Positions 50,001-60,373 of a DNA stretch of 64,000 bases are shown here, piece after piece. Location of the stretch: NCBI GenBank assembly GCA_036149055.1, contig JAYZQJ010000019.1, positions 13,322 to 77,321 on the forward strand. The letters are read 5' to 3'. This stretch comes from Myxococcota bacterium (GTDB lineage Bacteria; Myxococcota_A; Polyangia; Polyangiales; Sandaracinaceae). A model generated the notes under the pieces. It did not search any database. It was not told the origin of the DNA and saw only the letters and a list, made by a program, of their open reading frames with translations. Numbering within the stretch: the stretch's first letter is position 1; each line of letters starts with the position of its first letter. The translations under genes were made by a program, and so were the position numbers.

Positions 50001-50348
50001 CAGCCCGTGGGGCAGCGCGACCGCCCAGCGATCCCGGCGGTGCGGGAGGACCACGCAGGGTACGGTCAGCGGGATCGGCCGGGCGACCGAGCGCGGCGCC
50101 GTGGGATGCGCCACCTCGACGTCCACGTGCACCAGCTCGGCGTCGGGCAGCGAGAACGCCGCCTGGGTCGCGGCGCCCGCCCGCTTCAGGTGCACGCCGA
50201 GCGCGAGCTGGTGCTGGAGCACCGCGTCGGCCGGGCTCGCGTAGGCGACGAGCGAGGGCCCGGCGACCGCGCGCGCGAGGACCTTCCCGCTCTCGAGCGT
50301 GTCGAGGAGGATCCAGGTCTCGATCGGCAACGAGGCGCGCGCGCTCAC
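47001..50348 (-). CDS. ClpA/B-like double AAA+ ATPase with C-terminal release-factor-like region
   Basis: GESRVGKT; AFPGKAV; GPTGVGKT; LLDEIEKAH; FRPELVNRID; C-terminal LLRVRGRHAGHLLALEAGLHRY. Confidence 0.88.
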   Translation of the reverse strand: MSARASLPIETWILLDTLESGKVLARAVAGPSLVAYASPADAVLQHQLALGVHLKRAGAATQAAFSLPDAELVHVDVEVAHPTAPRSVARPIPLTVPCVVLPHRRDRWAVALPHGLTVFVGPKESLEEVLKAEVQRYLHVLAPDATALLALMSARERELSRVTVEVDRRALPGAGARALRRRVDDARRRAEAKRVLGAIGRRVVPEDVRGPDPVGQEAPGAILDALLGGEARRSVLLVGESRVGKTTLVQRWLRAKGEDAPFLYATSGAQLVAGMSGAGQWQARVERVLAAAETLDAVLWLDDLRDLLGDHAGAYVDLPSAIRPWLDDGRVRVVGELTPEAADLFASRHPGLFASMHPLRLEPQDARAGRAALEACIEYAARREPQRANLDRGAIGAVVELTDRFLPYRAFPGKAVRLFEELRASAERAHHAEAKRLRAEDVYALFSAQTGVPELLLRDDVAWRRERARAFFARRIVGQADAVDRLVDTLAVVKAGLAPGDKPLASFLFAGPTGVGKTALCRALAELLFGSAERLVRFDMSEMADPGAATRLVHGSASGEGQLTSAVRQQPFCVVLLDEIEKAHPSVFDLLLGVLGEGRLTDARGRTAYFHDAIVVMTSNLGTRHRSRAVGIDPPAVDEGARYLEAVEGWFRPELVNRIDRVIPFAPLSRGEIRAIAGLTVERLAMRRGLVELGATLEVSEAALDALSDGGFEAAYGARALRRHLEDALVAPLARALGPLGAAARNARLVVRGERDPAPEGGRLHAETRDGLVYEILRGPPRSAREDAALLARVSATRRWAHETREVPTAAELRERAQYLLAEVSYGDGVRGTEAAMLQSELAGLRERLDAVDAAVAEIESIEELSVVASLAGEPVSEMAALVGQADLTFRAALLELLIANDERHAITVRVQEHDGQRPLNRWLGGLLEARERLGWQILGHVEKDPAPKPADWPTERRWGPPRDADALAHRLAQPDRGPLALLLRVRGRHAGHLLALEAGLHRYRGHEGATPATFVVTTLRHAADLPDDALDSPRLHPEPIPSSTRRRLLPAVREHEGEVLTLPGGATLTLSLAEYWARLEAIALTHLLWLERSGRADASIDVLAEDEDEEGEAS

Positions 50349-50377
50349 GGCGACGCGAGCCTACCCGATCTCGGGCT

Positions 50378-50788
50378 TCACCAGCGCAAGAAGACTGACC
50401 GCGCGGAGAGGTCCGACGAGAGCACCCGCCGGCGCCAGGCCTCGGCGTCCCCGTCGATGAACGTGGCCACCACCAGGGTGATCAGCCCCGCGCCGATCAA
50501 CGCCACGCTGACGCCGATGGTGATCTCGGCGGCCCCGATGTCCGCCTCGCTGCAGCTCCCGGCGCAGACCGCGAGCGCGACCGAGGCGCCCAGCAAGGTC
50601 GCGAGCCCGGCGCCCGCGGTGGCCCCGCCGCCGATGTAGAGGCCGTCCGCGTGCGCCGCCTGCCGCTCCGCCGCCTCGAGCTCCACCCGGAGCGACGCGT
50701 CGAGCAGCGGCGCCTCTCGCTGCGCGCGGGCGGCGGCGGGATCGAGGGCGGCGACGAAGAGGAGGCCGAGGGCGAGCAGGCGGGTCAC
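50378..50788 (-). CDS. Hypothetical secreted/membrane protein
   Basis: Signal peptide plus two Gly-rich hydrophobic segments. Confidence 0.6.
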   Translation of the reverse strand: MTRLLALGLLFVAALDPAAARAQREAPLLDASLRVELEAAERQAAHADGLYIGGGATAGAGLATLLGASVALAVCAGSCSEADIGAAEITIGVSVALIGAGLITLVVATFIDGDAEAWRRRVLSSDLSARSVFLRW

Positions 50789-50927
50789 GCCGTCGCTCTA
50801 TCAGGCCCCGCGTCGGGTGGCGACCACCCCCGTGGCGAAGCGTCCCACGGGGCGCACTTGCACGTCGGAAAGCGCCTTCGATCGGTGGGGCGCGGGCCTA
50901 CGTCGGCCTTGCTTCGGAGGAGGAACG

Positions 50928-52985
50928 ATGATGAAGAGCTTTGGATCGATCTCGATCGCCCTCGCGCTCGCCCTCGCGGTCGGCTGCGACGGCGACGCAC
51001 CCACCGACGCGGGCATGGACGGCTCCGTGCCGCCCACCGACGCCGACGTCGACGCGGGCGTGGACGAGGACGCGGGCCCCGATGACGACGCCGGACCGGA
51101 CATGGACGCCGCGGTCGACATGGACGCGGCCGTCGACATGGACGGCGCGGTCGAGATGGACGCGGCCGTCGACGGCGGCGGCGACGCGGGCGAGCCGGAC
51201 GGTGGGCTGACGGACGCGGGCCCGCCGGGCGGCGGCGCCGCGACCTCGACCCAGATCCAGGCGGTGCGCGACGCCGCCGTGGGCACGATCATGCTCCCGG
51301 TCGACGACGCGGTGGTGACCTACGTGAAGCCGTCGTTCGGCAGCGACGCCGACGACGAGGGCTTCTTCGTGCAGGCGGAGACCGGCGGCCCCGCGCTCTT
51401 CGTGCAGACCTCCCTCGCCGCCCTCTCCCCGGCGCCCGAGGTGGGCCAGGTCGTCGACTTCCGCGCGGTGAGCCGCGCCGAGGCGGCCGGCGGGATCGCC
51501 TACGTCGACATGATCGACATGTGGAACGTGGACAGCGCCGGACACGACGTGCGCTTCCTCGCCCAGGACGTGACCGGCGTCGACCTCGTCACGATGCTCG
51601 ACGACTACGCCTACGAGCTGGTCACCCTCACCGCCACGGTGGTCGGCGACTTCAGCTTCGCGGGCTCGAACCACGCCGGCGGCGAGATCATCACCGCGGG
51701 TGTGCCGACCCCCACGTCGGATCTCGTGTTCCGGCTGCCGGACGCGGTGCGGGAGATCACCTCGCTCGGGGTGAGCTGCACCGTCGACATCGGCCCGACG
51801 CCGCTCTGGCGGTTCGCGGGCACCGCCCAGCCCTCCGCCTGGGATCCCGCCGACTTCACGCTCACGAGCTGTCAGTCGCCGACCACCGGTGACCTCGTGA
51901 TCACCGAGCTCGGCTTCCGCTTCTCGGGCGGCGACGCGGGCAAGGAGCTGGTCGAGCTCTACAACCCGCACGAAGACGACGCCTACTCCCTCGACGGCTG
52001 CCGGCTCGCCGACGCGGCCGGCGTGGCCGACCCGAGCGCGGTCTCGCTCGGCCCGGTGTTCATCGGCCCGATGGACCACGTGGTGATCGCCGGCCCGGCG
52101 GCGACGAGCGGCGTCTCGCCCGACGCCCCGATCGGCGCCCTCGCCATCGACGGCATGGACACCATCACCCTCGCCTGCGCGTGCTCCGGCGCGGCCTGCA
52201 CGGACACGGTCGACGAGGTCGACTTCTCCGCCGCCGGCTTCGCCGACGCCACCGACGACGTGACGATGCAGCTCGACCGGCTCGACCTCGAGGCCTTCGA
52301 TCCGGCGCTGGCCAACGACGACCTCTCGAACTGGTGCGTGACCGCCGCCGCCACCTACGGCGCCTTCACCCCGGCCCGCTTCGGCACCCCGGGCCAGCTC
52401 AACGAGGTCTGCCCGCTCTCCTGCGCCGCCTTCGCGCCGCACCTCGTCATCAACGAGATCGACTACGACGACGACGGGGCCGACGAGAAGGAGTTCATCG
52501 AGATCTACAACCCGACCGCCGCGTCGGTGGACGTCTCGACGATGGCGGTGGTGCTCTACAACGGCTCGACCAGCCAGGAGTACCGGCGCGTGCCGCTGAT
52601 CGGCAGCCTCGCGGCCGGCGGCTACCTCGTGATCGTCGCCGCGAGCACGGTGGGCATCACCCCGACCGACCCGAGCTACGTAGTCAGCGGCGGCTTCCAG
52701 AACGGCGCGCCCGACGGCGTCGGCCTGCTGGACACCACGACGGACACCTTGATCGACTTCATCACCTACGAGGGCAGCTTCACCGGCGGGACGACCCTCA
52801 ACGATCCCTCCGGCATGCCCTACACGTCGATCCCGGCGCCCCACAACCTCAGCATCGGCGCCGACACCCCGACCCCCGACACCCAGAGCCTCATCCGCAT
52901 CCTCGACGGCTGCGACACCGGCGCCCCCGACATGGACTGGACGGCGACCACCATGGTCACCCCCGGCGCCCCCAACATGCTCTGA
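50928..52985 (+). CDS. Lamin-tail domain (LTD) lipoprotein
   Basis: GGAGGAGG RBS; lipobox AVGC; DLVITE..ELVELYN..GTPG and HLVINEIDYD..EFIEIYN..FQNGAPDG..TPGAPN. Confidence 0.85.
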   Translation: MMKSFGSISIALALALAVGCDGDAPTDAGMDGSVPPTDADVDAGVDEDAGPDDDAGPDMDAAVDMDAAVDMDGAVEMDAAVDGGGDAGEPDGGLTDAGPPGGGAATSTQIQAVRDAAVGTIMLPVDDAVVTYVKPSFGSDADDEGFFVQAETGGPALFVQTSLAALSPAPEVGQVVDFRAVSRAEAAGGIAYVDMIDMWNVDSAGHDVRFLAQDVTGVDLVTMLDDYAYELVTLTATVVGDFSFAGSNHAGGEIITAGVPTPTSDLVFRLPDAVREITSLGVSCTVDIGPTPLWRFAGTAQPSAWDPADFTLTSCQSPTTGDLVITELGFRFSGGDAGKELVELYNPHEDDAYSLDGCRLADAAGVADPSAVSLGPVFIGPMDHVVIAGPAATSGVSPDAPIGALAIDGMDTITLACACSGAACTDTVDEVDFSAAGFADATDDVTMQLDRLDLEAFDPALANDDLSNWCVTAAATYGAFTPARFGTPGQLNEVCPLSCAAFAPHLVINEIDYDDDGADEKEFIEIYNPTAASVDVSTMAVVLYNGSTSQEYRRVPLIGSLAAGGYLVIVAASTVGITPTDPSYVVSGGFQNGAPDGVGLLDTTTDTLIDFITYEGSFTGGTTLNDPSGMPYTSIPAPHNLSIGADTPTPDTQSLIRILDGCDTGAPDMDWTATTMVTPGAPNML
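51099..51170 (+). repeat. Coding 18-bp tandem repeat (DMDAAV-like x4)
   Basis: GACATGGACGCCGCGGTC-like units in the acidic linker. Confidence 0.8.
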
Positions 52986-53041
52986 GAAACGAGGCACCCC
53001 GCCGCGCCCCCTCCCGACTGCCGCCGGCTCGGCCGCCGCCG

Positions 53042-53186
53042 ACTCGCGGGAAACGAGGAAGGGAGGAAGCGAGGCGGGGTGTCGACGACCACGTCGACAC
53101 GACCTGCGACCATCGACACCGCGTCGTCGCCCACCCCCTACCCCTCTCTTCCTCCTCGCTTCCCACCTTCCTCGCTTCCTGCGAGT
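53042..53186. repeat. Long imperfect palindrome between convergent genes
   Basis: 33-bp arms 53042-53074 and 53154-53186 with 4 differences; nested perfect stem GTGTCGACG-acca-CGTCGACAC at 53079-53100. Confidence 0.85.
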
Positions 53187-53238
53187 GGGAGCGTCACGCG
53201 TGGGCGCGTCACGAAGGGAGCGTGACGAGGCTTAGCGA

Positions 53239-54270
53239 TCAGGAAGGGGTGGCGGTGACGACCTTGGCCACGAAGATGGGGTCGACGCTCTGCACCTCGA
53301 AGCCGCTCTCCGTGAGGGCGGCGGCGAGGTCGTCCTTCAGGTAGTCGTTGTAGAACGGCTCGTGGAAGTCCTCGGGGAAGCGCTCGAGGAAGAATGAGAG
53401 CGCCTCGGACTCGGCGAGCTGGGCGGAGTCCTCGATGACGAGGAGGCCGCCCGGCTTGAGCACCCGGCGCATCTCGGCGAAGACCCGGCGGCGGGCGTTC
53501 TTCGGGAGCTCGTGGAAGAGGTAGACGCTCGTCACCACGTCGAAGAGGTCGTCCGCGTAGGGCAGCGCCTCGGCGTTCTCGGCCGCGAGCGAGACGTCCG
53601 GCACGTGGGCGAGCACCTCGCGCGCCTCCTGGATGTAGAAGGGCGAGAGGTCGGCGCCGTAGAGCTTCAGCTCGGGGTGGGCCTCGTGGATCTGGGCGAG
53701 CACCCGACCGGTGCCGCAGGCCACGTCGAGCAGGCGCTTGCCCTTCGCGCCGCCGCGCTCGCGCAGGTACCGCGTGATCGGCGGGATCACCTGCCGGCGC
53801 ATCACGTGCGCGGTGCCGGCGAAGAGGAACTCGACGCCGACGTCGTAGAGCTTGGCCGAGCGGCGGCTCAGGTAGCCGTCGGTCTGCCAGTGGAAGGTGC
53901 GCCGGAAGTAGGGCGGGTAGCTCCGGGGGTCGGCGTCCTCGGGCAGGTCGCGCCAGGCCTCCTCGTTCCGGCGGCGCCACACCCCGGGCATGTCGGCGAG
54001 CAGCCGGGGGAAGTGCTTGGCGTAGTCGAGCGCCGGCACCCGGAAGAGCAGCTTGCGCGGATACAGGCCCGCCTCGGCGTTGGCGAGGTCGAGCTGGAAG
54101 AGCTCGCGCAGGCGGCGATGGAGCAGCGCGATCTCGCGCCGGGTCGGCACCGGGGTCTCGCGCCGACCGACCGCGCGGATCAGGCGCTGGGCGAGGGTGG
54201 CGGGGACGAGCATGCCGAGCTGCTGCGCCCCGTAGGCGATCTGGGTGACTCCACTAGCGACGCTGGCCAT
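53239..54270 (-). CDS. Class I SAM-dependent methyltransferase
   Basis: FHWQTDGYLS, LLDVACGTG, DLSPFY, ENAEALPY, YLFHELP, RVLKPGG. Confidence 0.88.
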   Translation of the reverse strand: MASVASGVTQIAYGAQQLGMLVPATLAQRLIRAVGRRETPVPTRREIALLHRRLRELFQLDLANAEAGLYPRKLLFRVPALDYAKHFPRLLADMPGVWRRRNEEAWRDLPEDADPRSYPPYFRRTFHWQTDGYLSRRSAKLYDVGVEFLFAGTAHVMRRQVIPPITRYLRERGGAKGKRLLDVACGTGRVLAQIHEAHPELKLYGADLSPFYIQEAREVLAHVPDVSLAAENAEALPYADDLFDVVTSVYLFHELPKNARRRVFAEMRRVLKPGGLLVIEDSAQLAESEALSFFLERFPEDFHEPFYNDYLKDDLAAALTESGFEVQSVDPIFVAKVVTATPS

Positions 54271-55996
54271 CGATCCGAGTATAGGGTCGCCTCCGGCGCG
54301 CGGCGACGAGCCCACCCGCGAGCGCGAGCCACCACCACCCCGGTGCGTCCCCGCGCCGCCCGGCGCGACAGGCGCAGCTGCCCGTCGCCACCTCGCCGCG
54401 CCCCGCGTCTCTCGCCGCAGGTCCAGCGTCGGGGAGGGGCGGCGCCGAGGCGTCGCGCTGGCGGCCGCCGTCCCGCGCTCCGGCGTCGCGGGGGCGGACC
54501 CCGGCGTCCTCCTCCGGGGCCGGGCCGAGCCGGCGGCGGCGCATCGCCTCCCAGAGGTTGGCCGGCTCGATGTCGGCCGCGGCGATGTCCTCGACGTGCC
54601 ACTCCAGAGCGCTCGCGGGCGGCTCGCCGCGCACGCCGACGCCGACGTAGGTCATGCGAGGGCCGTAGCTCCCGGCCGGGAACCCGAAGGGCGCGTCGGC
54701 GGTGACGTTCCAGAGCGTGTCGTAGGCGGCGGTGTGGGGGCCGCGATCTCCGCGCCCGCCCGAGGTGAAGGCGCGCGCCCCGTCGCCGAGGTGCAGCTCG
54801 GTCCAGAGCGTCTGGTAGGGGGCCGCCCGGTGGTGATCCATGGAGAGGCTCGCGCCGCGCCCCCGGGTGAAGACGACGCCGTGCGCGTACCACTCGTTCG
54901 TGAGGTCGTGCACGAAGACCGCGCGCACGTCGAAGTCGACGAAGAGGTTGTCGCCGCCGTGGCCGTTGTTGAGGCCGTGGTGCCCCTCGAGCGCGCCCCG
55001 GGACGCCGTCGTCTCGAGCACCACGCCCGACGCGGTGCAGAAGAAGCTGCTCGTGAACGACACGCCGTAGTCCGCGTTCTCGATGCGGACGTCCTCGACG
55101 AAGCCGTGCCACACGCGCTCGAAGTGGATCGCGTTGTAGCCGCGCTCGGCGAAGTGCCCCGGGTAGGCGGTGTGCGGGAAGGCGATCGTGAGGCCGCGGA
55201 CGCCGACCTCCCGGCGGCCGCTCTCCTCGGCGAGCACGGTCGGCGACCACGCGAGCTCGACGTCGAGGGGGAGCGCCCGCTCGAGCGTCAGCGCGTCGCC
55301 GTCCACCGCGAGCACCCGGGTCGGGAACCGCATGCCGACGTCGCCGACGTTGTCGGTCCCGCCGTCGACGAGGTCGGCGTGGAGGCGACGCATGAGCTGC
55401 CCGTCCACGTCGGTCTGCCGGATCAGGATCCAGTCACCCACCGAGACGACGCTCGCGTCCGCCACCACGATCCGGGTGTCGCCGCGTCGCGCCGGGGCCA
55501 CCACCGTGGTCAGCTCGGGCATCCGGGAGGCGCCGCTGGCCTGGATGAAGCCGCCGCCGAAGGACCAGTTGCGCTCTCCCGGGTAGACGTCCTCGAGCGC
55601 CTCCGGGAAGAAGAGCGTCGTGTCGCCGCGGCCCGCGCCCTCGAGCACGACGCCCGGCGTCAGCGAGAGCCGGCGCCGCGAGAGGTAGCGCCCCGCCGGC
55701 ACACGCACGGTGCCTCCCTCGCCGGCCGCCGCGATGGCCGCCTCGAGCGCCGCGCCGTCGTCGGTCACGCCGTCGCCGACCGCGCCGAAGTCGCGCACGT
55801 CGGCCACCACCGGCGGCGACGGCAGGGGATCCTCGCCCGCGTGGTAGCCCGCGAACGACCAGTCCATGAGCCGACCGCGCGGATCGAAGGCCTCGCCCTC
55901 CTCACCCCAGAGCGGCGAGGTGAGCGGCGCGCGGCTGACGCCCACGTCGGCGCTGCACCCGGCGATCAGGAGCAGCGCGAACGGGGCGGCCCTCAC
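54254..55996 (-). CDS. Beta-helix (pectate lyase 3/GH28-like) surface protein with MYXO-CTERM-like tail
   Basis: Lipobox IAGC; DWSFAGY; DVRDFGAVGDGVTDD..A...AI; C-terminal GSCACR..WWWLALAGGLVAARRRR. Confidence 0.78.
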   Translation of the reverse strand: MRAAPFALLLIAGCSADVGVSRAPLTSPLWGEEGEAFDPRGRLMDWSFAGYHAGEDPLPSPPVVADVRDFGAVGDGVTDDGAALEAAIAAAGEGGTVRVPAGRYLSRRRLSLTPGVVLEGAGRGDTTLFFPEALEDVYPGERNWSFGGGFIQASGASRMPELTTVVAPARRGDTRIVVADASVVSVGDWILIRQTDVDGQLMRRLHADLVDGGTDNVGDVGMRFPTRVLAVDGDALTLERALPLDVELAWSPTVLAEESGRREVGVRGLTIAFPHTAYPGHFAERGYNAIHFERVWHGFVEDVRIENADYGVSFTSSFFCTASGVVLETTASRGALEGHHGLNNGHGGDNLFVDFDVRAVFVHDLTNEWYAHGVVFTRGRGASLSMDHHRAAPYQTLWTELHLGDGARAFTSGGRGDRGPHTAAYDTLWNVTADAPFGFPAGSYGPRMTYVGVGVRGEPPASALEWHVEDIAAADIEPANLWEAMRRRRLGPAPEEDAGVRPRDAGARDGGRQRDASAPPLPDAGPAARDAGRGEVATGSCACRAGRRGDAPGWWWLALAGGLVAARRRRPYTRIDGQRR

Positions 55997-56799
55997 TGCG
56001 TGGCCTCGGGCTCCGGCGGCTCGGGGCGCTCGACCAGGGCGAAGCGGCGAGCCCAGCCGGCGCGGCGCTCGCGGTCGAAGAGGTTCGGCTCCCGGACCTC
56101 CGGGGGCTGGTCGAGCATGCTGACGTCATTGCCGTGGCGCAGCACCAGGCTGAGCGCGCCCTCGCGGCTGGCGAGGGTCAGGCGCTGGGCGTCCTCGAGA
56201 TCCACCTCGAGGCTCACCGGCGAGCGCCCGCTCTGACGGCGCGCCTGCTGCTCGTCCTCGTCGTCGTAGGTCCACGTGACCTGGCGGCCGACCGAGAGCA
56301 CGAGCAGGTTCTGCGCGACCACCACCGAGCGGCCCGAGTTGGGCACCCTTCGGTCGCCCACGGTGACGATGGCGTCGACCCGATCCCCCGGCCGCAGCAG
56401 GCCCCCGTGCGAGGACTCCCGCACCACGTCGAGCGTGATCGCGCGCTTGCCCGGCGGGATCTCGCCGCTGAGGGTGCGCTGCTGATCGCTGAAGGTGGAG
56501 AGATCGGTCCGGAGGATGGCCTCGCCGTAGCGCACCGACTGCGCGAGCCGCTGGCCGATCAGCTGCCGGAGCTCCGACTGACCGAGGTGGCGATCCTCGA
56601 CGTAGCTCTGCGGGATCTCCTTCACCGTGAGCCACGCCGGGTTGATCGGCTCGCCGAACGGGATGTCCGCCGCGGCCGCCACCACCAGCACGCGCTGCCC
56701 CCCGGTCTCCTCCTCCACGTACGCCTGCGTGTAGAGGTAGAAGACGGCGAGCCCGGCGGCGACGAGGGCGCCGGAGGCGATGAGGAAGGTCCGGTTCAT
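55993..56799 (-). CDS. cpaB: Flp pilus assembly protein CpaB/RcpC
   Basis: N-terminal TM, SAF-like VVAAAADIPFG, IPPGKRAITL, GLLRPGDRVD, QNLLVLSVG, LSLVLR. Confidence 0.85.
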   Translation of the reverse strand: MNRTFLIASGALVAAGLAVFYLYTQAYVEEETGGQRVLVVAAAADIPFGEPINPAWLTVKEIPQSYVEDRHLGQSELRQLIGQRLAQSVRYGEAILRTDLSTFSDQQRTLSGEIPPGKRAITLDVVRESSHGGLLRPGDRVDAIVTVGDRRVPNSGRSVVVAQNLLVLSVGRQVTWTYDDEDEQQARRQSGRSPVSLEVDLEDAQRLTLASREGALSLVLRHGNDVSMLDQPPEVREPNLFDRERRAGWARRFALVERPEPPEPEATQ

Positions 56800-56836
56800 C
56801 CCGTGGGCCGAAGGGTTTCAGCCGACGCGGGCGGCG

Positions 56837-58303
<1,467 letters not shown>

Positions 58304-58364
58304 CGCCGGCACCGTACCAGAGCCGTGGCTGGCCCAGGAGCCGGAGCGCGCGCATGATGGCCGC

Positions 58365-58682
58365 GTGCTGATCGACGACTACGTCATGCGACAGGTGCAG
58401 AAGATCGCGGAGCTCGCCGCCGCGATCGCGAAGGGGAGCAGCAGCGCCGGGCCCGACGACCTCGAGATCGAGATCGAGGCCGCCTACCGCGAGCTCATCG
58501 GCATCGACTCCGCGCTCGTCGACACCCTCGCCGGCCCCAGCCTGCTCGGCCTGCTCCAGGACGACCGGCAGCGCGCGGCGCTGGCCGACCTGCTCGAGGC
58601 CCACGCCGCGGTCGCCGAGGCCAAAGGCGACCTCGGCCGCGCAGAGCGCCGCCGCGAGAAGGCGACCTCCCTCCGTCAATAG
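58365..58682 (+). CDS. Small helical hypothetical protein (DUF6483-like N-terminus)
   Basis: MLIDDYVMRQVQKIAELAAAIA. Confidence 0.55.
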   Translation: MLIDDYVMRQVQKIAELAAAIAKGSSSAGPDDLEIEIEAAYRELIGIDSALVDTLAGPSLLGLLQDDRQRAALADLLEAHAAVAEAKGDLGRAERRREKATSLRQ

Positions 58683-59152
58683 CAGCCGAAGTGCGGCCGC
58701 CGGGCCGCGAGCCAGACGGTGGGAGAACCATCTGGGTGCTCGAGCCACCCCTCCAGCCGGCCGACGGCTCCTTCGCACCAGCCCCGCAGCTCGCCTCCGG
58801 CCCACGGCGTGCGCTCCTCCGGGGGACGCGGCACGTCGGCCGTGTCGAACGCGGCCGCGCAGGCGTGCTCGGTGCGCCAAGCGGCCGCGAGGAAGAGCCC
58901 GTTGGTGGTCTCCCAGCGGACGCCGTCGGTGACCCCGGAGGCCGCTCCGGGGCGGGGAGGAATGTGGGAGAGCTGCAGGACGACGCAGCCCCGCGCGACC
59001 GGCGCCATCACGAAGTGTTGATCGCCGATCCCCAGGAGGTGGGTGAAGTGGATCACCTCGTCCTCGGGCACGACTTCGTCGTCGCCGGCCGGTCCGTGGG
59101 CCGCGACGCAGCCGGACGCGAGCAGGAGCGCGAGGACGAGGAGGTGACGCAT
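58676..59152 (-). CDS. Hypothetical lipoprotein
   Basis: Lipobox ASGC. Confidence 0.6.
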   Translation of the reverse strand: MRHLLVLALLLASGCVAAHGPAGDDEVVPEDEVIHFTHLLGIGDQHFVMAPVARGCVVLQLSHIPPRPGAASGVTDGVRWETTNGLFLAAAWRTEHACAAAFDTADVPRPPEERTPWAGGELRGWCEGAVGRLEGWLEHPDGSPTVWLAARRPHFGCY

Positions 59153-59162
59153 CGCAAGAACT

Positions 59163-59699
59163 CTAGTCCGGTCCGGTCGCGCTCTCCAGCTCGTGGAGCC
59201 AGCCGGCGCGGGCGTCCGGGAAGGCGTCGACCGAGGGGACGTACGGCTTGACGTCGAGGATCGGCGTGCCGTCGAGCAGGTCGAGGCGCGCGAGGTGCAG
59301 CACGCGGCCCTCGACGCGGACCAGGCGCGCGGCGCTCAGGCCGATGGGGTTCGGGCGATGAGGCGCGCGGGTGGCGAGCAGGCTGCGCCTGGTGCGCGGC
59401 CCGCGGGGCGGCACCACGGTCGGGTTCCAGCCGTCGTTGAGATGCAGCCAGGCGAGGACCCAGACGAGGTCGAAGCCCTGGAGGTCGCGCACCGCCTCGG
59501 GCGGCAGGACGTCGGGGAACAGCTCGATCCGCGCCGCCTCGTCGGGCCGGAGCGCGGGATCGGCCGGCACCGCGGCCTGACGGGGGGTGCCGTGGCGCTC
59601 CTCGTGGGGGGAGCGCACCACGCCGATCGGGCGGACGGTCATCGCGTCGGGGAAGGCGGCGTCGCGGGTGTAGGTCCGGGGCGGAGGCGTTCGCGGCAT
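59163..59699 (-). CDS. tsaA: tRNA (N6-threonylcarbamoyladenosine(37)-N6)-methyltransferase TrmO/TsaA
   Basis: PIGVVRSP, TPRQ, ATRAPHRPNPIGLS, DLLDGTPILDVKPY. Confidence 0.9.
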   Translation of the reverse strand: MPRTPPPRTYTRDAAFPDAMTVRPIGVVRSPHEERHGTPRQAAVPADPALRPDEAARIELFPDVLPPEAVRDLQGFDLVWVLAWLHLNDGWNPTVVPPRGPRTRRSLLATRAPHRPNPIGLSAARLVRVEGRVLHLARLDLLDGTPILDVKPYVPSVDAFPDARAGWLHELESATGPD

Positions 59700-59779
59700 C
59701 TCGCGAATGTGGCACAGCCGCGCCCGAGGAGCGCCGCGCGAGGCGGCGCCGGTGAGACTGGCTTATGCTCGCCCGCGAC

Positions 59780-60373
59780 ATGCGCTGGCTTCCCCTCGCC
59801 TCGATCCTGATCGCCTGCACGAGCCCCACCGACGGCGGCCGCCTCGACGAGCGCGTCGAGACGCCCGACGCGGCGCCCATCGCGCCCTTCGACACCTGCA
59901 CGGTCACCACCTACCGGGTGCCCGCCGCGTCGGCCGGCCACGTCGCGCCCTGCAGCGCCCTCGATTACCCGGAGCTCCCGCCGTCCGGCGGCGACCACTA
60001 CGGGCAGTGGGCCGCGTTCGGCGTCTACGACGCGCCGGTGCCGTGGGGCTTCCTGGTGCACTCGATGGAGCACGGCGGCGTCGTGCTCGCGCACTCCTGC
60101 GAAGGCGCCTGCCCCGAGGTCGAGGCGGAGTTCGCCGCGGTGGCCGCCGAGCGCGACGACCCCCTCTGCCGCGGCGACGCCCCGAACCGGGTCATCATCG
60201 CGCCCGCCGACCTCGACCACCCGGTCGTCGCGGTGGCCTGGGAGCACGTGTACGTCGCCACCTGCCTCGACCCGCCGTCGCTCCGCGCGTTCGTGGAGGC
60301 GCACTACGGCGACGCCCCCGAGGACCTCTGCGCGCAGGGGATCGACCTGTCGGCCGACGGCTGGTGCTCATGA
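59780..60373 (+). CDS. DUF3105 family lipoprotein
   Basis: Lipobox LIAC; YPELPPSGGDHY, LVHSMEHGGV, VAVAW. Confidence 0.82.
   Translation: MRWLPLASILIACTSPTDGGRLDERVETPDAAPIAPFDTCTVTTYRVPAASAGHVAPCSALDYPELPPSGGDHYGQWAAFGVYDAPVPWGFLVHSMEHGGVVLAHSCEGACPEVEAEFAAVAAERDDPLCRGDAPNRVIIAPADLDHPVVAVAWEHVYVATCLDPPSLRAFVEAHYGDAPEDLCAQGIDLSADGWCS

Noticed and set aside
41288..50348. Calling the ATPases clpA, clpB, clpC or clpV (T6SS)
   Set aside because: No recognisable Clp-N or middle domain, degenerate motifs, and no T6SS genes nearby
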